64,000 nt of DNA from Eledone cirrhosa (taxonomy: Eukaryota). The DNA lies in contig OZ024751.1 of assembly GCA_964016885.1 (NCBI GenBank), positions 35,836,001 through 35,900,000 of the forward strand. The letters are read 5' to 3'. The notes under the pieces are model-generated. The model was not told where the DNA came from, did no database searches, and saw only the letters and a list, made by a program, of their open reading frames with translations. A program made the position numbers and the translations under genes. Positions 57,461 through 64,000 of the stretch are shown one piece after another (the stretch's first letter is position 1; each line of letters opens with the position of its first letter).

Positions 57461-57781
57461 ATGTGTGAGGATACTTGTTAGGCAGGTACTGGTATTATTT
57501 CTCATCCGTTTCACATTGAAGTTGATTATATATAAAAGTATTAGTTTAGCTGTGTGCAGTAAAACATGAGAAAAGGGTTGTAAAATGTTATGACAAAGGG
57601 ACATGATGCTCCAATGAACAATATATGGAAAGTATTCCATTATTAATTTTAGCTAAGTAAAAATAGATGTATCTCTAGGCATCTTCAGATGTACACACAC
57701 ACACACACACATATGTGTATATGTATGCATATATATGTGTATATTTATATATTTGCATATATATATATATATGTATATATC

Positions 57782-57828
<47 letters not shown>

Positions 57829-57848
57829 TGTATATATATATTGATGTA

Positions 57849-57885
<37 letters not shown>

Positions 57886-57903
57886 TGTATATATATATTG
57901 ATG

Positions 57904-57985
<82 letters not shown>

Positions 57986-58083
57986 TAATATATATGTGTG
58001 AACGTAAGTGAATGTAGATATAATAATGTTACGCAGCTAGCGATGCTTTTACAAATGATTGCTCAGAAGAAATTAAACACACT

Positions 58084-58153
<70 letters not shown>

Positions 58154-58174
58154 TATATATATATACACACACAT

Positions 58175-58242
<68 letters not shown>

Positions 58243-58535
58243 AAGAAGAAAGAAACGCAAAACAAATAAAGAACACATTAATGGTCATAATGTAGTTAAG
58301 CATATTGTTTCAGGTGAAAGCAATTACTAATGAAACGAAGCTAGCTCTTGTTGCTTATTATTAATTAAAATAACAGAGGTGAGTCTTGTGTGTTTTTTTT
58401 TAGAATTTAACATTGCCAAGTTTAAAGCAACACAAGAATCGCTGAAATTAATTACAGCACATGCACATACACATAAGCATATATGCACACGAAAAAAATC
58501 TAATTGTAGAAAAGGCCATATGTGTAAACATTGGA

Positions 58536-58627
<92 letters not shown>

Positions 58628-58640
58628 GTATATATATATG

Positions 58641-58673
<33 letters not shown>

Positions 58674-58692
58674 GTATATATATATATATGTA

Positions 58693-58763
<71 letters not shown>

Positions 58764-58764
58764 G

Positions 58765-58813
<49 letters not shown>

Positions 58814-58918
58814 TTATACATGCATACAATTAGGCAGAAGTGTGTGTGTGACTTGGAGTCTGCATTCTTAAAAGTATATAAACACTTTAAAATATCTCTA
58901 TTTATCTCTATCTCTTTG

Positions 58919-58971
<53 letters not shown>

Positions 58972-59230
58972 ACACATACACACAAATATATACATATATA
59001 TGTATATACATGCACACAGGTACGCACTTATGCAGACACAAACACATACACACACAAACACACCTATATAGGTGTGTTTGCGTTTGCTAACGTTGATATC
59101 CCTAAAACACACACACAGATACAAAACCTGGTACCTCTTTGTCAAATAGAAACCCCTACGAGCAGTGTGGGCAATTTGATCGACTAAACCCTAGAGCAGC
59201 AGTAATGCCCAGCTCTTTCATCAGATGAAA

Positions 59231-59314
59231 ATAACTATTTCATCTGATGAACGAGGTGGGCGTTTCTGTAAGGATCGTCTAGTCTCCTGAAACCTTTGGT
59301 AATGGAATAATTAT
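59231..59314 (+). ncRNA. Type I hammerhead ribozyme
   Basis: ATAACTATTTCAT-CTGATGA(59244)-stem II (TGGGCG/CGTCTA)-GAAACC-TTT-GGTA^ATGGAATAATTAT. Confidence 0.8.
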
Positions 59315-59384
59315 ATTGTGTTGTTTATTATATAATTAAATAGGTCTGTACTATACACAGAGCACTCCTTTAACTTTTCTACGG

Positions 59385-59521
<137 letters not shown>

Positions 59522-59528
59522 TAGTAAC

Positions 59529-59635
59529 ACAATTGTTTCACCTTAGCAGATCTTCAGCTCGCACTGGTCATGGTTAAACGTATAACCATGTCCAGTACGC
59601 GCTGAAGATCCACTAAGGTGAAACAATTGTTCTCG
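59529..59635. ncRNA. Palindromic pair of minimal hammerheads
   Basis: Plus: CGCG-CTGAAGA-TCCACTAAGGT-GAAAC-AATT-GTT^CTCG. Minus: CGAG-CTGAAGA-TCTGCTAAGGT-GAAAC-AATT-GTG. Both lie in a ~100-bp imperfect palindrome. Confidence 0.7.
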
Positions 59636-59725
59636 GTATGGTGAACTAACTGTTGTGTAGCCACTTCTACCTAACTCGTTCGATGGACAGAGTCCTCTAC
59701 CACTACAGATATTACCTTCCCGTGT

Positions 59726-59840
<115 letters not shown>

Positions 59841-60461
59841 CAGTAGGTTTTGTTTCCTCTTATATATAAATATTATTAGATACTCCTACCGATCTGTCAC
59901 CAATTTACATGGACATTTAAATAAATAAATATATGCATATTTAGCTATAGCGATGTAAATAAAGCTGATGCAGTCAATTTTGTAATTTTCGGATGTAAAT
60001 TATTATTTATTAATAATTTCTTTTTTACAAATATAAATTAATGAAAAGTGGATAATTGGAAAATTGATTAATTCGTAAATGTTCATAAATATCAGCTCTA
60101 CACTACATGACCTAGAAAACATTGTGTTAAAACAGACAAATTTTGAAAATGAAATTATTATTATTTAAAATTCTAGATATAATTCTAAATTACTTTTTGG
60201 AATAAAATTTGACGATATTTCTTATTATTTGTTGTATCTTGAGAAACATCAAAGTATGCTAAATGGTTATATTTCTCAATAACAATTCAATCCTTTAATA
60301 CGTGATTCCATTGACCAGACTGTGAATAAAACTGCAAGAGAATTCCTTTAAACCCCTTCGTTACTATATTTCAGAAGCCACTGCTTAAGATATTCTAAAC
60401 ATTACAAAAACCGCAAATAATTTAGAGGGATTTAGTAAAATAAATAACTTTATCATTATTA

Positions 60462-60685
60462 AGCTGGTGAATGTTGGCAGATTGTCTGAATCAGTAGAGT
60501 GTCGGATAACATACTTTGCAGCATAGAGTTACGACTGTTTACGTTTTTGATTTAAAATCCAGTCTTGTTTAGCTTTGCATTTCATTCCGTACGGCATCGA
60601 TAAAATATGTACCAGTAACGCACTGGGGTCATTTTAATCGAATTTTCCCTCCGCCAAAACCATTGGTCACATACTTAGGTCATTA
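60462..60685 (+). mobile_element. Nin-domain SINE with 18-bp target-site duplication
   Basis: TCATTATTAAGCTGGTGA occurs at 60453-60470 and 60680-60697. Confidence 0.8.
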
Positions 60686-61319
60686 TTAAGCTGGTGATTG
60701 GAATCTTAATTTAAAGGTTCTTACATGAAATTATGATGGTAGTTTATTTTTAGACATAAATATAAACCCTTTTAGAACGAGGCGGACAGAATAGGGAGGT
60801 GGTCCTAGGGTCAAGGACACCAGAAGTCTCCATGGAAACGATACTTGGAACCTTTAAAATCTGTAAAATTTCCTTAAGATTTAAAACACGAATGATTTTT
60901 GAAGAGAACGGAAATTTCCTTTTCTTCATAAACCCGCCACCGAGAGGTGGCCCGTCAAAATAAATCGAAATTAAGAAAATGAGACATACATATATATATA
61001 TATATATATATACATAAAAACATACATACATACACATATATATACACACCGTGTCTCAAATAAACTGCATTTAATCAACATTTCATATTCGAAACCCTAA
61101 AGTGTTTCGTTGTATACATATATTCCTGTTCCTCGCTACAGTCATACACACATATACATACACAAACACATACATATATATATACACAAACACATATACA
61201 TACATTAAGATATATACACACCAACACACTCATGTATACCTCACTTAAATTTCTACAACATGTATCCAGTTGTCTCATCCATGTAACTATACATGTTACA
61301 CACACTACTCACAGCCACA

Positions 61320-61321
61320 TG

Positions 61322-61386
<65 letters not shown>

Positions 61387-61395
61387 GTTTGTGTG

Positions 61396-61435
<40 letters not shown>

Positions 61436-61441
61436 TGTGTG

Positions 61442-61514
<73 letters not shown>

Positions 61515-61523
61515 GTTTGTGTG

Positions 61524-61561
<38 letters not shown>

Positions 61562-61567
61562 TGTGTG

Positions 61568-61632
<65 letters not shown>

Positions 61633-61641
61633 GTTTGTGTG

Positions 61642-61702
<61 letters not shown>

Positions 61703-61712
61703 GTTTGTGTGC

Positions 61713-61751
<39 letters not shown>

Positions 61752-61757
61752 TGTGTG

Positions 61758-61811
<54 letters not shown>

Positions 61812-61817
61812 TGTGTG

Positions 61818-61857
<40 letters not shown>

Positions 61858-61863
61858 TGTGTG

Positions 61864-61926
<63 letters not shown>

Positions 61927-61939
61927 GTTTGTGTGCATG

Positions 61940-61980
<41 letters not shown>

Positions 61981-61989
61981 GTTTGTGTG

Positions 61990-62082
<93 letters not shown>

Positions 62083-62110
62083 GTTTGTGTGCATGTATAT
62101 ATATATATAT
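61320..62110. repeat. Higher-order microsatellite: GTTTGTGTG(T/C)ATGT units separated by variable (TA)n
   Basis: About 12 units. Confidence 0.9.
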
Positions 62111-62322
62111 ATATACGTATATAAATATATAATGTATATATATATATACAGGCGTACATAACATGAAAGTATGAAAGTGCTTTTAGGATCTTCTTTATGT
62201 TCCTTCAGTCATAAATATTCATCCAAAAATTTTACTCAAATCCATCAATGTGCATACATTATAATATACATATATATACACACACATATATAAATATACA
62301 TCAATATATATGCATACATACA

Positions 62323-62369
<47 letters not shown>

Positions 62370-62378
62370 GTGTATATA

Positions 62379-62412
<34 letters not shown>

Positions 62413-63715
62413 CATATATGTATACATATTACATTACATAGGCAAATGATGAAAGAACTCAACGATCCAAGGAAAACTTTAGCAGTTAAACGAAATGAGG
62501 AAATGAGGAAAGGAACAAGCGACAGCCATTTTGTCGATTAAATTTGTTGTTTAAGGTCGTTGTAACCTTAAAATTTTATTTATCATTGCTTATTTTTGTT
62601 TTAGTTTGCATTTCTCCATAATTTAACAAGCCTATTTCATTAATGTTCTAAGCAAGTGGATGGTTTTTGTAGCTGCTTGCTATCAAGAGATTTTTATTTT
62701 TCACACTGATGAAATCAAACGCGTTATCAGAAAAATGACATCAAACAACACAAACATGTATTTGAACTGTTAGCATATATTTAGGGAACACAAAGTTTTC
62801 AAAATCCATACATGTATGTATGGATGTATATATAAACGCATGTGCGAAGGTATGTATGAATACACACCCAAATATATATATATATACATTTATATATGGA
62901 TTTTTCTTCTATATATACATGCACGTATACATATACATATATGTATACGCTTACATACATTTTATACAAACATTACTCTTTATTAGCATACACATGCTGA
63001 ACACTTCCGATCATCTACAAACACACGCATTCACATACAGACAGCCATACACGAGCACACACACGCCCTCATATACATACATACATAACTTACATATTTG
63101 TATATATACACCCTGATGCCAAATATTTGCATAAACATTCTAATACATCTCCGTATGTAGATGCATGCTTGCATATGTAAGTATCTGGTTTGGGGAAAAT
63201 GGTTGCCTATCTTCTTATGCTAGCGATAATAGCAGGGATTGATTTATTTAATAGATTATTATGCTGTCTAAGAGTTTAAAAGTTATTGGCCCTTTAATAA
63301 AACATCCTCTCTGGTATTAAATCTGAAAGAGAGAGAAGCTTTATAGAACCAAATAAACAACGACAAGATATAAATTCTCTATATGATCAGTAACTACAGC
63401 TTGTCATTGGCAATGTTCCTTATCTCCATATACCATGTAAAATATATTGTATATATGTGTGTCCCATAATAAAATATCTACTACAAAGCGGCTACCAAGG
63501 AATCACACAAAACTAAACCTGGATAACCCTATACCCCAAATGTAAATAACTATCCCTCAAAATTCTGCCAGCGAAATCTGGGCGAATGTTCAGATCAGAG
63601 CAGCCCAATTGTTTTTATAATCCGCTCCTTTAGCAAGGCTTTACAGGGAGATTAAAAAGGACCCAATGTTTAACATGGTTGGTGTTTTGCAGAACATGTA
63701 TAGTCACTCAACAGG

Positions 63716-63870
63716 TTTCAACACAGTTTCTGTCTACGAAATATAACTAACTTAGCTTGAGTAGATCCGAGGCAATGGTAATTAACATTTGTCCAAGATG
63801 TAACGTAGCAGGATCGAAACTAGATTCTTACGAATGGGAAGCAAACGTCTTAATTTTACTATGTTGCGTC
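63716..63870 (-). mobile_element. Decayed CORE-domain SINE
   Basis: TTTCAACACAGTTTCTGTCTAC...ACATTTGTCCAAGATG...GGATCGAAAC. Confidence 0.5.
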
Positions 63871-64000
63871 CATCATAAATTTATAGACACCTCGAACAGC
63901 CCAAGCTTTTTAGTTAATAATTCGGTTAGTTTATCACTGTTCAATACACATTACAGTCTCCCTTGACAAAAATTTGAAAGTAACCATTACCTGTGACCAA

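Noticed and set aside
60875-60935. Minus-strand ATGAAGA...AAAA hammerhead-like motif
   Set aside because: Two core mismatches in AT-rich sequence are compatible with chance.
61320-62110. Regularly spaced GTTTGTGTGTATGT repeats
   Set aside because: The spacers are pure (TA)n, so this is a higher-order microsatellite.

Overview
Eukaryotic, AT-rich, repeat-dominated non-coding DNA. The SINE complement and very high microsatellite density suggest a coleoid cephalopod, probably Octopus; this is inference. No confident protein-coding gene is present, and nearly all listed ORFs are translations of (TA)n, (CA)n, (GA)n or trinucleotide repeats. Recognisable features are many tRNA-headed Nin-domain SINEs, CORE-domain SINEs, two Tc1/mariner-type MITEs, a probable Tigger-like MITE, a decayed LINE endonuclease remnant and several minisatellites. 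The main hidden signal is a dense set of type-I hammerhead ribozyme (HHR) motifs (CTGANGA...GAAA...NTH closed by a pairing stem I): about 7 have an intact core, and there are many halves and decayed copies. They lie in short non-coding elements from several unrelated families, almost all embedded in (TA)n microsatellites. They often form fold-back palindromes whose breakpoints fall at or near the ribozyme cleavage site. This resembles a microsatellite-targeting system of non-autonomous Penelope-like/retrozyme-like retroelements. All structures were read by eye; none were computed or searched.
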